A stretch of DNA of 64,000 nt from positions 250,950-314,949 of IMG/VR virus record IMGVR_UViG_3300020202_000061; one strand, 5' to 3'. This stretch comes from a virus. This document shows, one piece after another, positions 18,435 through 27,097 of this stretch (position 1 is the first letter of the stretch; the number at the start of each line of letters is the position of its first letter). The notes beneath the pieces are model-generated. The model was not told the DNA's origin, did no database searches, and worked only from the letters and a program-made list of their open reading frames with translations. A program made the position numbers and the translations under genes.

Positions 18435-18441
18435 TCTGGAC

Positions 18442-18795
18442 ATGGCAGACACCTCCATCCGTAAGAGTTCCCATAAGAACGGCAAGATGCGAACCATTTA
18501 CGTGGGCACGCTGGGCCACTACATCGGCTACGGCTACTCGTGGCGTCCCGATAATGACGGGGGTCTGTTCTCGCGCAATTTCCGATACACCGACGTGGAC
18601 GTGTATATCCGCGTGGGTCGCCCCATTGACGACCTGGGTCGTGTGGCCCAGGAGACGGTCTTTGAAAAGACCGTAGGCACCGCGTTGAAATCGGGTCCCG
18701 CCGACAAGCTCGGCCGCGCCGGTATCCGCGAGGTTATCCAACCGCTCCTGCCGGAAATTATGGCCAAACTCACGGCCGAGGTCGCGGCCCTATGA
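18442..18795 (+). CDS. hypothetical protein
   Basis: ATG 18442 just after the promoter. Confidence 0.5.
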   Translation: MADTSIRKSSHKNGKMRTIYVGTLGHYIGYGYSWRPDNDGGLFSRNFRYTDVDVYIRVGRPIDDLGRVAQETVFEKTVGTALKSGPADKLGRAGIREVIQPLLPEIMAKLTAEVAAL

Positions 18796-19040
18796 GGCTG
18801 GAAATGACCAAGATCGACCGTCATCTTGAAGCCCGCCATGCCCGCCGGTTAGCGGCGGAAGATCGGTATTTGGCTCGCCGGGAACGGCTCGAAGCCAAAG
18901 CCGAACCCATGATCGGCGAACTATGTCGGGAAGGCACGACGGTCTACTATGTGTGGCCCCAGGGTGGTCGCTATCGTGAGTCCGCCAGCGAAACCGAACT
19001 CATCGAGTTTCTGATCCGCCGAGGATATGTGCATGACTGA
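18792..19040 (+). CDS. hypothetical protein
   Basis: ORF 82 aa, coupled. Confidence 0.45.
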   Translation: MRLEMTKIDRHLEARHARRLAAEDRYLARRERLEAKAEPMIGELCREGTTVYYVWPQGGRYRESASETELIEFLIRRGYVHD

Positions 19041-19425
19041 AATCCCTAAGATTGAGGTCGTGCGCGAGCACTATCGTATCCAACGCGAGAAGCAGAAGGC
19101 CGCGAGAGATCGCTATCTGTCCGACCGCTATGAAGCCGTACGAAAGGATCAGGCAGAAATTCGCCGCGATATAGGCGACCAGATTACTTACTACCTGAAT
19201 GAGGCTACCGAGCGCGGTGAGCCCATCACCTATATCATCTATCGGCGCTGGAAAGTTCACATGGATGAGGGCACTACTCTCGCCATGATGAAGATTTTTG
19301 GACCCGAATTGGAAGCAGCCGGATACGAAGTGATGCCGGTCGATGGCGGACTCCGAATTGATTGGCTGATCCAGGTCCAACCGGATCAGGCCGCTGATTG
19401 GGAAAAGGACAAGGTGCTACCATGA
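19027..19425 (+). CDS. hypothetical protein
   Basis: ORF 132 aa. Confidence 0.5.
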   Translation: MCMTEIPKIEVVREHYRIQREKQKAARDRYLSDRYEAVRKDQAEIRRDIGDQITYYLNEATERGEPITYIIYRRWKVHMDEGTTLAMMKIFGPELEAAGYEVMPVDGGLRIDWLIQVQPDQAADWEKDKVLP

Positions 19426-19922
19426 GCAAGCTGCTCGAAGGCAGTCTGGTTACTTGGAATGTGGAACCCCCGGTCCAAGGGCGGGTCATCGAGGTCACCA
19501 TCGATCTGGACGGCGATCTATGGGCAAGCCTGTCGTTCCGAGGCAATGACAAGGACGTGAAGGTTCTGGTCGAAGAAGATGTCCTCCTCCTCGACGGAAC
19601 CCCGACCGATGAAATGCTCTGGGATGGCTCCCTGACCACCAACGTGGGCAAGCGGTTCTACGGCTGGGACGGCGCGACCTACCGGTGCATCGCCCACAAT
19701 GATCGTGGCTACCTGATGGAGCCCGAGATCATCACCGGGAGCAATCCCACCCCTCGGTCCATCACCGAACGCGCCATCGGCGGCACTTTCTTCGAGATCG
19801 CCAAGGACGGCCGGGTCAAGGGCCTGCTTGGTGCACCGAACTGCCTGGAGTCGCGCCCGCTGTCCCGTGAGAATTTCCAGGTCGCCTGCAAGGTCCGGAA
19901 GGACAACGGAGTCACCGCATGA
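19422..19922 (+). CDS. hypothetical protein
   Basis: ATG 19422 overlaps upstream stop. Confidence 0.5.
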   Translation: MSKLLEGSLVTWNVEPPVQGRVIEVTIDLDGDLWASLSFRGNDKDVKVLVEEDVLLLDGTPTDEMLWDGSLTTNVGKRFYGWDGATYRCIAHNDRGYLMEPEIITGSNPTPRSITERAIGGTFFEIAKDGRVKGLLGAPNCLESRPLSRENFQVACKVRKDNGVTA

Positions 19923-20089
19923 GCAAGTACACGTTCCAGGTCGAAAAGACCATCTACCCGTTTGGTCCGAAGGACCCGGTCGAGGAGAAATTCGAGATCG
20001 TCATCGAGGCACGGACGTTGGAGGCCGCCGGTATTCGTGCCTCCAATATCGGGAAGGAACTCGGCCTGATGCTGGTCTACCACGGCTGA
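19919..20089 (+). CDS. hypothetical small protein (56 aa)
   Basis: ATGA-coupled ATG 19919; TGA 20087-20089. Confidence 0.3.
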   Translation: MSKYTFQVEKTIYPFGPKDPVEEKFEIVIEARTLEAAGIRASNIGKELGLMLVYHG

Positions 20090-20093
20090 GCCA

Positions 20094-20243
20094 ATGGTAG
20101 AACGAGGCGACAAGATCACCCTGAAAGAGGCGATTGCGGAAGCGCAACGCGGAACTCTGAAACAGCGAGTCGCCCGACATCGCAAACGCCTGAAACGCAA
20201 GTATGGACTCGGACCCAAGCCGAAACGCTCCAAAACCCCTTGA
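20094..20243 (+). CDS. hypothetical small basic protein (49 aa)
   Basis: ATG 20094; Lys/Arg-rich; 3' end runs into the tRNA promoter. Confidence 0.25.
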   Translation: MVERGDKITLKEAIAEAQRGTLKQRVARHRKRLKRKYGLGPKPKRSKTP

Positions 20244-20268
20244 CATCCTCGGGGTTATCCTCTAAATA
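20240..20268 (+). promoter_or_regulatory. sigma70-like promoter driving the class II tRNA (CGT)
   Basis: TTGACA 20240-20245; spacer tcctcggggttatcctc; TAAATA. Confidence 0.65.
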
Positions 20269-20277
20269 CCCCGTTAT

Positions 20278-20363
20278 GCCGGGATGGCTGAGTGGTCGAA
20301 AGCAGGCGTTTCGTAAGCGTCCGAAGCAATTCCTCGCAGGTTCGAATCCTGTTCCCGGCTCCA
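20278..20363 (+). tRNA. class II (Ser-type scaffold, long variable arm) tRNA with anticodon CGT
   Basis: 86 nt; acceptor gccggga/tcccggc; Ser-like D-arm tggctgagtggtcgaaagc; anticodon stem ggcgt/gcgtc with loop ttCGTaa; variable arm about 15 nt; T-arm gcaggttcgaatcctgt; CCA. Confidence 0.7.
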
Positions 20364-20501
20364 ATCCATGATCATCAGGATCAAATCCCCCATATTGTTG
20401 CGGATTTTCGGTTGGAATAATCCAACCCTGCCGAGCCACGTCACGGCCAGTCATCGGCTGTGGTGGTTCTGGCTGCTCCGGCGTGACAAAAGGAAACGCA
20501 A

Positions 20502-21026
20502 ATGAACGTGATCAAACCACCGCGTCCACTGACAGGGATTGATGAGTTTTTACCCATCTTGTTCCTGGCCGGGACCATCGACATGGGCGATTCCGTGGAT
20601 TGGCAGGCTGATACCGCCACCCGTCTCAAGCAGTATCCGGGCACCATCCTGAATCCGCGTCGTGACGCCTGGGACAAGTCCTGGAACCAGGACATTAACA
20701 ATCCTGAGTTTGCGTATCAGGTCAATTGGGAACTCGATGGTCTGGACATGGCCACGCTGATCCTGATCAACTTCGAACCGGATTCGAAGTCCCCGATCTC
20801 ATTGTTGGAGCTAGGGCTCCACGCGAATGACCGTGGTCTGATCGTGCGCTGCCCCAAGGGCTATTGGCGTAAGGGTAACGTGGACATCGTCTGCGCCCGC
20901 CATCGTGTGCCGGTCTATGAGGACCTGGATCAAGCCGTGGCCGAGATCACGGTGCGTCTGCAAGCCCAACAGAAATCAATTACCAGTTTCTACCACCAGA
21001 TGGCCGTGGACACAGGTCAGGCATAG
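20502..21026 (+). CDS. hypothetical protein (possibly nucleoside 2-deoxyribosyltransferase-like)
   Basis: ORF 174 aa; LAGTIDMG-type N-terminal motif; weak assignment. Confidence 0.45.
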   Translation: MNVIKPPRPLTGIDEFLPILFLAGTIDMGDSVDWQADTATRLKQYPGTILNPRRDAWDKSWNQDINNPEFAYQVNWELDGLDMATLILINFEPDSKSPISLLELGLHANDRGLIVRCPKGYWRKGNVDIVCARHRVPVYEDLDQAVAEITVRLQAQQKSITSFYHQMAVDTGQA

Positions 21027-21991
21027 ACCTCGGCATCGTGATTCGGTGCGGTGTCGAAGATCGACAACTCCGTGATCGTCTTGAGCACGGTCAGACCGAG
21101 GTCCTCTCTCAGGTGATAGAGCATGGTCTTGAGGTTGTCATCGTAGGCCGACTTCGTGATTCCCGCGTGCCTATAGGTGAGGATCAGCGGAGCGTTCTGC
21201 TTGGCACGGTTGACCGACATGAACAGGGCGTAGCGTTCCTGATCTTCATCCTTGAAGGAGAGATCGACAGCCTGTCGGATGATATCCTCCGCTCCGGGCG
21301 TGACGATCTCGATATGGGTTTCCAGATACACACCGGGCTCTCCGCCCACGGGCTTCCCCTCGGTCTCTAACTGCTTGATGATGGGATGCCAGGGTAGAGT
21401 CTCGATCTTTTGTCGAACCACATTGAGCATGGTATGGCGAGTGAGATCGTAGACCAGCTTCGTCATCACATCCATGGCTTCCTGCTGGGTTCCGAACACC
21501 ACCTTCGAACACATCACATCGGCCTTGAACGGGTCATACCCACGAAGCACATGATAGGGCTCGATATCCAGGCATTTCATCTCGTTTCGGAAACAGAAGT
21601 CTCGGAACGCAAATAACACCTCTTCGTGATTCAACACTTCCGAACCCACCGTGATGTGAATCTCGAACGGGATGGGAAACTTGACGGTGCCTTCCTGTGC
21701 CTGTAAACCGCTCCACTTATTCATTTTTGTGCGAAGCATGTCGTCGAGGTCTTGATCGTTGAACCCGAGCGAGTATCCGATGCTGAGTGCGGCCAGGATC
21801 ACATCCGCAACTTCATCCAGGACGTGATGACGTGAGGTCAATCGGTGCAGGGTGTCGGGTGCGCCCTCCAGTGGGAGAATGGCCTGATTGAGTTCACCAG
21901 TTTCGGCCGCCAGCTTGTTACCCTTCTGACCGAGTGTCTTACGGTCGCGCTCGGTGAGAACCTTGATGAAATCCAGAGTTTCCTGACGCAT
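21017..21991 (-). CDS. MazG-like nucleotide pyrophosphohydrolase domain protein with a C-terminal extension of unknown function
   Basis: N-terminal all-alpha MazG-like region (KVLTERDRKTLGQKGNKLAAETGELNQAI…LDEVADVILAAL); 324 aa on the minus strand. Confidence 0.55.
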   Translation of the reverse strand: MRQETLDFIKVLTERDRKTLGQKGNKLAAETGELNQAILPLEGAPDTLHRLTSRHHVLDEVADVILAALSIGYSLGFNDQDLDDMLRTKMNKWSGLQAQEGTVKFPIPFEIHITVGSEVLNHEEVLFAFRDFCFRNEMKCLDIEPYHVLRGYDPFKADVMCSKVVFGTQQEAMDVMTKLVYDLTRHTMLNVVRQKIETLPWHPIIKQLETEGKPVGGEPGVYLETHIEIVTPGAEDIIRQAVDLSFKDEDQERYALFMSVNRAKQNAPLILTYRHAGITKSAYDDNLKTMLYHLREDLGLTVLKTITELSIFDTAPNHDAEVYA

Positions 21992-22041
21992 ATTTGTTTC
22001 CCCTTCTGGAGGAAACTGTTCGAAACTCTCGAAGAGTCAAG

Positions 22042-22070
22042 TTGACGCCTAGGGATTTCATCTGATAGGA
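22042..22070 (+). promoter_or_regulatory. putative sigma70-like promoter
   Basis: TTGACG 22042-22047; spacer cctagggatttcatctg; ATAGGA. Confidence 0.4.
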
Positions 22071-22099
22071 TCGGAATTCAACAATTGGGGGAGGTTCAA

Positions 22100-22276
22100 A
22101 TGGAGCTTCAAGGCGGGGTTCGTGTTCGCACCCGAAACGGTGCGTACCTGATCGAGCAGGGCAACACCACCAGGATAGTCAAGTTGAAACCGGGCGAATC
22201 CGTCGAGGTTGTTCCGGGTTTCACCATCTCGGCTCCGGCCGAGATCGACGTGGTGATCCATGAGGCTCATCAATGA
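22100..22276 (+). CDS. hypothetical small protein
   Basis: ATG 22100 with RBS ggggaggt. Confidence 0.4.
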   Translation: MELQGGVRVRTRNGAYLIEQGNTTRIVKLKPGESVEVVPGFTISAPAEIDVVIHEAHQ

Positions 22277-22500
22277 AACGACCCCAGACGTGGGTCATCC
22301 TGGGTCTGATCGGTGCGATTGCGGTCTACCTCTATCAGAGCCAGAACAGTTACATGCTGGACCCCGACAACATCCGCTATACGCGTGATTCCCGCACTGG
22401 ACTCTGCTACGCCTATGTGGGAACCAGCCTCGGCTTTCAGAAATCCGTGGGACTGACCCAGGTTCCGTGCTCAGTTCTGACGGACCAGAGCAGCCGCTGA
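22273..22500 (+). CDS. small membrane-anchored protein
   Basis: ORF 75 aa; N-terminal TM WVILGLIGAIAVYLY. Confidence 0.45.
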   Translation: MKRPQTWVILGLIGAIAVYLYQSQNSYMLDPDNIRYTRDSRTGLCYAYVGTSLGFQKSVGLTQVPCSVLTDQSSR

Positions 22501-23141
22501 TCGAGTATCTGGCACGGACTTATTGATGGTCCCGTTGGGCTGATGTATCTCAAACACAAAACCTACGGCTGATTCTTCCAGATACTGGATTAACTGGATG
22601 AGGACCTTCTTCACCTGGGGTGTAATCTTACCCTGAATGAACTCCAGATCGAGTTCACCACGAGTCGTATAGATGCCACGAACCCAGCCATGCTCCATGG
22701 CAATACGGTTCCAATCGGTGCCATCCTCGTTGTAGTCGTCATCTCCGTATCCGAATGCCTGAAATGCCGCATCCTCGTGGTGACCAGCCGGAGGAACCCA
22801 ACCGTATGTTCCCTGCGCGGTAATCCAAAACATACCATGGTCCATGACACGATGGATATCCTCGAACCCAGATTGCGCAATCTGACGGTCGTGCCAATCA
22901 ACTCCTCCCAATGCGGCGATGCGCCTTTCGAGTTGAATGATCTTTCGAGTTGAATGATCATTGATTTGTAGTAGTCGATCTTGTTCTGATCGCGTGTTGG
23001 TATGATCTTCTCGATCATCTCACTACGATACGCTCGCAGCGCGTTTTTGATCACGGCTTCATCCTCCCGCCTCAGAATTTCCTGAAAGGTTGGACGATTA
23101 GGCAAAAACTGTTCGGTTAGGTCACGAAGTTCCATGCTCAT
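22471..23141 (-). pseudogene. hypothetical protein gene frameshifted by a 17-bp tandem duplication
   Basis: ORFs 22611..23141 and 22471..22911 lie in frames differing by 2; the offset is exactly accounted for by the 17-nt duplicated unit; deleting one copy gives a continuous product of about 213 aa. Confidence 0.6.
22926..22959. repeat. perfect 17-bp tandem duplication (tttcgagttgaatgatc x2)
   Basis: read directly from the sequence at 22926-22942 and 22943-22959. Confidence 0.9.
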
Positions 23142-23149
23142 ATTTATGC

Positions 23150-23178
23150 TTGAAACCCCAGGGTAAATCCGCTAAGTA
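23150..23178 (+). promoter_or_regulatory. sigma70-like promoter
   Basis: TTGAAA 23150-23155; spacer ccccagggtaaatccgc; TAAGTA. Confidence 0.5.
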
Positions 23179-23185
23179 TTCCCCG

Positions 23186-23506
23186 ATGCGGTATAGCCTT
23201 TTCCTGGACGACGAACGACATCCTCCTGCCGGACGGTGGGAGATCGCCCGTACTGTGGCCCAGGCCATCGAAATCGTCAAACAAAAGGGATTTCCGCAGT
23301 TCGTGAGCTTTGACCACGATCTGGGGTATGATGCCAACCTGGGTCTGCAAAGGACCGGTATGGACTTCGCCCGCTGGCTGGTGGAGCTTGATCTCGAAAC
23401 CAACCGAATGCCGGACGGTTTCCAGTACTACGTTCACTCTCAGAATCCCGTGGGTGTAGAAAACATCCGTGGTCTACTGGATTGCTATCTGAGAGTGCGC
23501 GGATGA
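23186..23506 (+). CDS. hypothetical protein
   Basis: ATG 23186 after the promoter; 106 aa. Confidence 0.5.
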   Translation: MRYSLFLDDERHPPAGRWEIARTVAQAIEIVKQKGFPQFVSFDHDLGYDANLGLQRTGMDFARWLVELDLETNRMPDGFQYYVHSQNPVGVENIRGLLDCYLRVRG

Positions 23507-23519
23507 AAGCGAGGTTATC

Positions 23520-24134
23520 ATGGGTACGCGTCATTCAATTCTGGTTCAGGTGAACGACGATTACAAGGTGGCCAATTACGGTCAATGGGATGGTTATCCG
23601 AGCGGTCAAGGAACGGGTATCCTCCATTTCCTCGCGGAGGAAATGGACCTGGAGAAGTTCACCGAAGCGGTTCGACACTGCACCGAGATCACCCATGAAC
23701 GTCTTGAGGAAATCTGGCTCTCGATGGGTGCTCGCAAAGACGGTGATAGTTACATGATGGGATCGAATGCGAGCGACAAGTTTCAGCTCGAATATCCACA
23801 TCTGCACCGTGACTGTGGTTCCGACATCCTCAAGATGATCCAGGATGCGGGCGGACTCGAACTCAAAATCGACAAGACATTCCCGGCCGATTCCCTGTTC
23901 TGCGAGTGGGCCTACGTGATCGATTTGGACAAGGGCACGTTCGAGGTCTACGAGGGCTTCAACGAAACACCCCTTGACCCGCAGGAGCGATTTGCCACCC
24001 TGGTGGGTCCGCAAGATCGTCGCAGTGAATACCACCCGTGTCGATTCAAGTACGCATGGCCACTCTCGGCCTTGCCCACTCAGGAGGAGTTCCTCGCCAT
24101 TCTGGAACCACCCGAGGAAGAGACAACGGAATAA
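23520..24134 (+). CDS. hypothetical protein
   Basis: ORF 204 aa. Confidence 0.55.
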   Translation: MGTRHSILVQVNDDYKVANYGQWDGYPSGQGTGILHFLAEEMDLEKFTEAVRHCTEITHERLEEIWLSMGARKDGDSYMMGSNASDKFQLEYPHLHRDCGSDILKMIQDAGGLELKIDKTFPADSLFCEWAYVIDLDKGTFEVYEGFNETPLDPQERFATLVGPQDRRSEYHPCRFKYAWPLSALPTQEEFLAILEPPEEETTE

Positions 24135-24137
24135 TCT

Positions 24138-24857
24138 ATGCCTGATCAGGACGTTCCGTATCCGGGCTGGCCCGAGTTCGAGTATGTCTGTGATAGCGCC
24201 AACTCGGGCAGTCACGGACCTGCTTTCTGCGGGCTTGGTCCGGGGCCGGATTGTCCCTGGTGCCAGCGCAAGGTCGTGATGACGCCGGAATGGGAAGCAT
24301 TCATCGCGGACACCCCAAATCGCCATCAGCGTATCGCTGAGGCCGTGCTGGGAAATCCCGAGGTCAAAGCCTCACTCCGTCGTCATTCCCGTTTCAACCG
24401 TGGTGAATCCCAGGAGCGCATGATGAATGCCGCAATCGACAGCACCGATATTCAACCAATCGCCATCGGCACACCATCAACCAACATCACCAAGGCCGAT
24501 CTTCAACGTGAGGAAGCGAAGTTCCAGCAGTTCAAGAAGGATCGCGGCATCAATAACGAGGTCGAGGCGTTGATCGCAAGCATCCAAGAGAGTCATACTG
24601 CGGCGGTGACGTTCGACGACTCCATGAAACCCTCAACCGAGGAACGCATGAATCGCATCCGCAAGAGTCGTGCGGAAATGGCCAGCTATGATCTGGACAT
24701 CGAGGCATTAACCCGACAGATCACCGATGACATCGCCGCTCGTCAGGACAAGGCCGCCGCCATCACCCGAACGGCTCAGAAAGAACTTCGTCGGATGCAA
24801 CGCCGAGTGTTCTGGACCCTTGTTAAGGACACGATCATCCGCTGGTTCCGTCGATGA
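24138..24857 (+). CDS. hypothetical protein
   Basis: ORF 239 aa; Cys cluster CGLGPGPDCPWC. Confidence 0.55.
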   Translation: MPDQDVPYPGWPEFEYVCDSANSGSHGPAFCGLGPGPDCPWCQRKVVMTPEWEAFIADTPNRHQRIAEAVLGNPEVKASLRRHSRFNRGESQERMMNAAIDSTDIQPIAIGTPSTNITKADLQREEAKFQQFKKDRGINNEVEALIASIQESHTAAVTFDDSMKPSTEERMNRIRKSRAEMASYDLDIEALTRQITDDIAARQDKAAAITRTAQKELRRMQRRVFWTLVKDTIIRWFRR

Positions 24858-24961
24858 TCACCGCTAACGATAACCACCGATCTCTGGCGGAAATCCTCAA
24901 TGATATCCACACCAGAAGGCGACGTGAATCTCTGACCCAACGCGTTCTGGGAAGATTCCTC

Positions 24962-24990
24962 TTGATTTTGAGCCGGATCACGCGTAAATA
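24962..24990 (+). promoter_or_regulatory. sigma70-like promoter driving the class II tRNA (TGT)
   Basis: TTGATT 24962-24967; 17-nt spacer; TAAATA 24985-24990. Confidence 0.55.
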
Positions 24991-24998
24991 AGAACTGC

Positions 24999-25084
24999 GC
25001 CAGGATGGCTGAGTGGCCGAAAGCAGAGCCTTTGTAACGCTCCGGGGAAACCCCACGCAGGTTCGAATCCTGTTCCTGGCTCCA
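24999..25084 (+). tRNA. class II (Ser-type scaffold) tRNA with anticodon TGT; paralog of the 20278 gene
   Basis: 86 nt; acceptor gccagga/tcctggc; D-arm tggctgagtggccgaaagc; anticodon stem gagc(c)/(c)gctc with loop ttTGTaa; long variable arm; T-arm gcaggttcgaatcctgt; CCA. Confidence 0.7.
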
Positions 25085-25092
25085 ATATTCCC

Positions 25093-25121
25093 TTGACATA
25101 TCCTAGGGTTTCTGGTAGACT
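25093..25121 (+). promoter_or_regulatory. sigma70-like promoter
   Basis: TTGACA 25093-25098; spacer tatcctagggtttctgg; TAGACT. Confidence 0.6.
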
Positions 25122-25146
25122 CCTCTTGCAATTCAGGAGGATACCG

Positions 25147-25431
25147 ATGGTCACCGAAGCCCAACTCAACGACTTCATCGCGGGTTGCAGCCGGATTTCC
25201 GGCTCGGACTATTCCTTCTCTTTCGACAACTCCAAGGGTTCCAAGTTCGTTCGGATCGTTCGCGAGGGCGGATGCCAGCGTTCGGTCCACTGCTTCATCG
25301 ACCGCCAAACCGGCGACGTGCTCAAGGCGGCGGGCTGGAAGGCCCCGGCCAAGCATGCCCGTGGCAACCTGTTCGACGCCAAGCAGGGCCTGGGCCTGAT
25401 GGGTCCGTATGGCCCGGCCTATCTGAGGTAG
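25147..25431 (+). CDS. hypothetical protein
   Basis: ATG 25147 with RBS aggagg. Confidence 0.5.
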   Translation: MVTEAQLNDFIAGCSRISGSDYSFSFDNSKGSKFVRIVREGGCQRSVHCFIDRQTGDVLKAAGWKAPAKHARGNLFDAKQGLGLMGPYGPAYLR

Positions 25432-25433
25432 CC

Positions 25434-25664
25434 ATGGCCCGAACCCCCACCGATGATCAATTCAACACGGCCATTGCGTGGCTCCAGGCGAACGAAGCCG
25501 ACACCAACGATGGTTACGATGAGAAGGCCGCCTGCGAGGCAGTCGCGGCGTGGCTCGACGAGTACCGGTTCAACCAGATGCTCCGGGAGAAGGCCCGCGA
25601 ATTGGGCGTTCCCGTGTCGGCGGTCCGGAAGCGGATCAAGGAAATGGAAAAGGCGAAAGGATAA
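25434..25664 (+). CDS. hypothetical protein
   Basis: ATG 25434; 76 aa. Confidence 0.45.
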   Translation: MARTPTDDQFNTAIAWLQANEADTNDGYDEKAACEAVAAWLDEYRFNQMLREKARELGVPVSAVRKRIKEMEKAKG

Positions 25665-25668
25665 AGCC

Positions 25669-25839
25669 ATGTACCGGCATGAACCCGAACGCCACTACCT
25701 GAGCCAGTCCCTGGGTCTGTGGTGGGTCCGCAAAGGCGACATCAATCCGGCTCTGGAAGGGCCGTTCATGGACGCGGCGGATGCCCGCGAGCAGACGGAC
25801 GAGCCCGGTCGGGTTCTGATCAACCAGGGACCGCGCTGA
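25669..25839 (+). CDS. hypothetical small protein
   Basis: ATG 25669; 56 aa. Confidence 0.4.
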   Translation: MYRHEPERHYLSQSLGLWWVRKGDINPALEGPFMDAADAREQTDEPGRVLINQGPR

Positions 25840-26240
25840 TGCTGACCTGGGTCAAGAACGGCGACACCATGGAGGGCACTTTCGAGGGCCGACTCCGGTT
25901 CACTGTCCAGAAAGAGGGCAAAATCTGGACAATGTGGCGCTGGCGTTACCTGCCGGGCGGGTCAGATCGTCCAGATGGCGCTGTGTTCCAGGCCAAGGAA
26001 AAGGTCAACTCCCAGCAGGACGGCATCGAGTACGCGAATGTCTTGCACAAGAACGCCTATGGGCCGGAACGCGACAAGCAAGAGAAGGCCAAGGTGGAAT
26101 TCTACGACCAGTGGGATCGGCTGCACACGGCGATCCAGAGCATGCTCTGTGCGAACGTCGAGAACATGACGGCGCGGGCTGAGAAGCTCGAACAGGAGCG
26201 GCAGGCCATGGTCAAGGTGATCAATACGAGGAAGTCATGA
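25839..26240 (+). CDS. hypothetical protein
   Basis: ATG 25839 overlapping upstream TGA; 133 aa. Confidence 0.5.
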   Translation: MLTWVKNGDTMEGTFEGRLRFTVQKEGKIWTMWRWRYLPGGSDRPDGAVFQAKEKVNSQQDGIEYANVLHKNAYGPERDKQEKAKVEFYDQWDRLHTAIQSMLCANVENMTARAEKLEQERQAMVKVINTRKS

Positions 26241-26512
26241 AGGCTGGTATGCTCAGGAATACTGCAACCGGACGGTTCCATCCGATCCTGTTCCACCCCG
26301 CGCCGTTCCCTGGCCAGACCGGTGATCTGCCCATCGGCAGCGTCATGCGTTATCGATCCATCGGTCATCACACCGAGGGGTTTTCGACCTTGGATGAGGC
26401 ACTGGCCCACGTCAAGACGACCTACCCCGGCTATACCCTGCTGGAGGGTATCGACGAGTGGGACGGCCAGGATGTTCCGGCCTCAACCATATTCCTTCCG
26501 GTGCTCACATGA
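26237..26512 (+). CDS. hypothetical protein
   Basis: ORF 91 aa. Confidence 0.45.
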   Translation: MKAGMLRNTATGRFHPILFHPAPFPGQTGDLPIGSVMRYRSIGHHTEGFSTLDEALAHVKTTYPGYTLLEGIDEWDGQDVPASTIFLPVLT

Positions 26513-26835
26513 CTGGCATTCTGGTGATGGACCCCAAGTTCCCCCTGGGACAGCTTGTCTGGACCAGAGCGGTGAACGAGCGAATCGCGAACATCGCAGA
26601 GTTCGCCGCGTTCGTCCTGGTGGCGTTGCAACGTCACGCCCACGCGGATTGGGGCGACATGGACGCCGAGGACAAGCAGAGCAACGACGAAGCTCTGGCG
26701 GCTGGAGATTTGCGCATTTTCAGCAGCTACAAGCTGCCGGAATCGCTGGCCGCCGAAAGCCCGGACAAACAGGTCTGGGTGATCACCGAGGCCGACCACA
26801 GCGTGACCACCGTGCTGTTTCCCTCGGATTACTGA
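26509..26835 (+). CDS. hypothetical protein
   Basis: ATG 26509 (ATGA overlap). Confidence 0.5.
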   Translation: MTGILVMDPKFPLGQLVWTRAVNERIANIAEFAAFVLVALQRHAHADWGDMDAEDKQSNDEALAAGDLRIFSSYKLPESLAAESPDKQVWVITEADHSVTTVLFPSDY

Positions 26836-26836
26836 C

Positions 26837-27097
26837 GTGAACCATCTGACCGAACGCGATCTGGAAGTGCTTGGCGAACTGGAGGCGGCTTGTCGCAACT
26901 ACCAGCAGGTGACCGGTGAGGATTGGGTTCAGCCGATAGACTGCGGAGGTACGAACAGTTCCCACCACTCCTACACCCTGTCCAAGCTGGTCCGGAAGGG
27001 GCTGGCCGAGCGCCGCCGCCGGGGTGGCTACTCCAGAGGGTCCTGGTCCTACCGGATCAACGATGCAGGTCGTCAACGATTGCAGGAGGTAAAGTGA
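26837..27097 (+). CDS. hypothetical protein
   Basis: ORF 86 aa. Confidence 0.45.
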   Translation: MNHLTERDLEVLGELEAACRNYQQVTGEDWVQPIDCGGTNSSHHSYTLSKLVRKGLAERRRRGGYSRGSWSYRINDAGRQRLQEVK

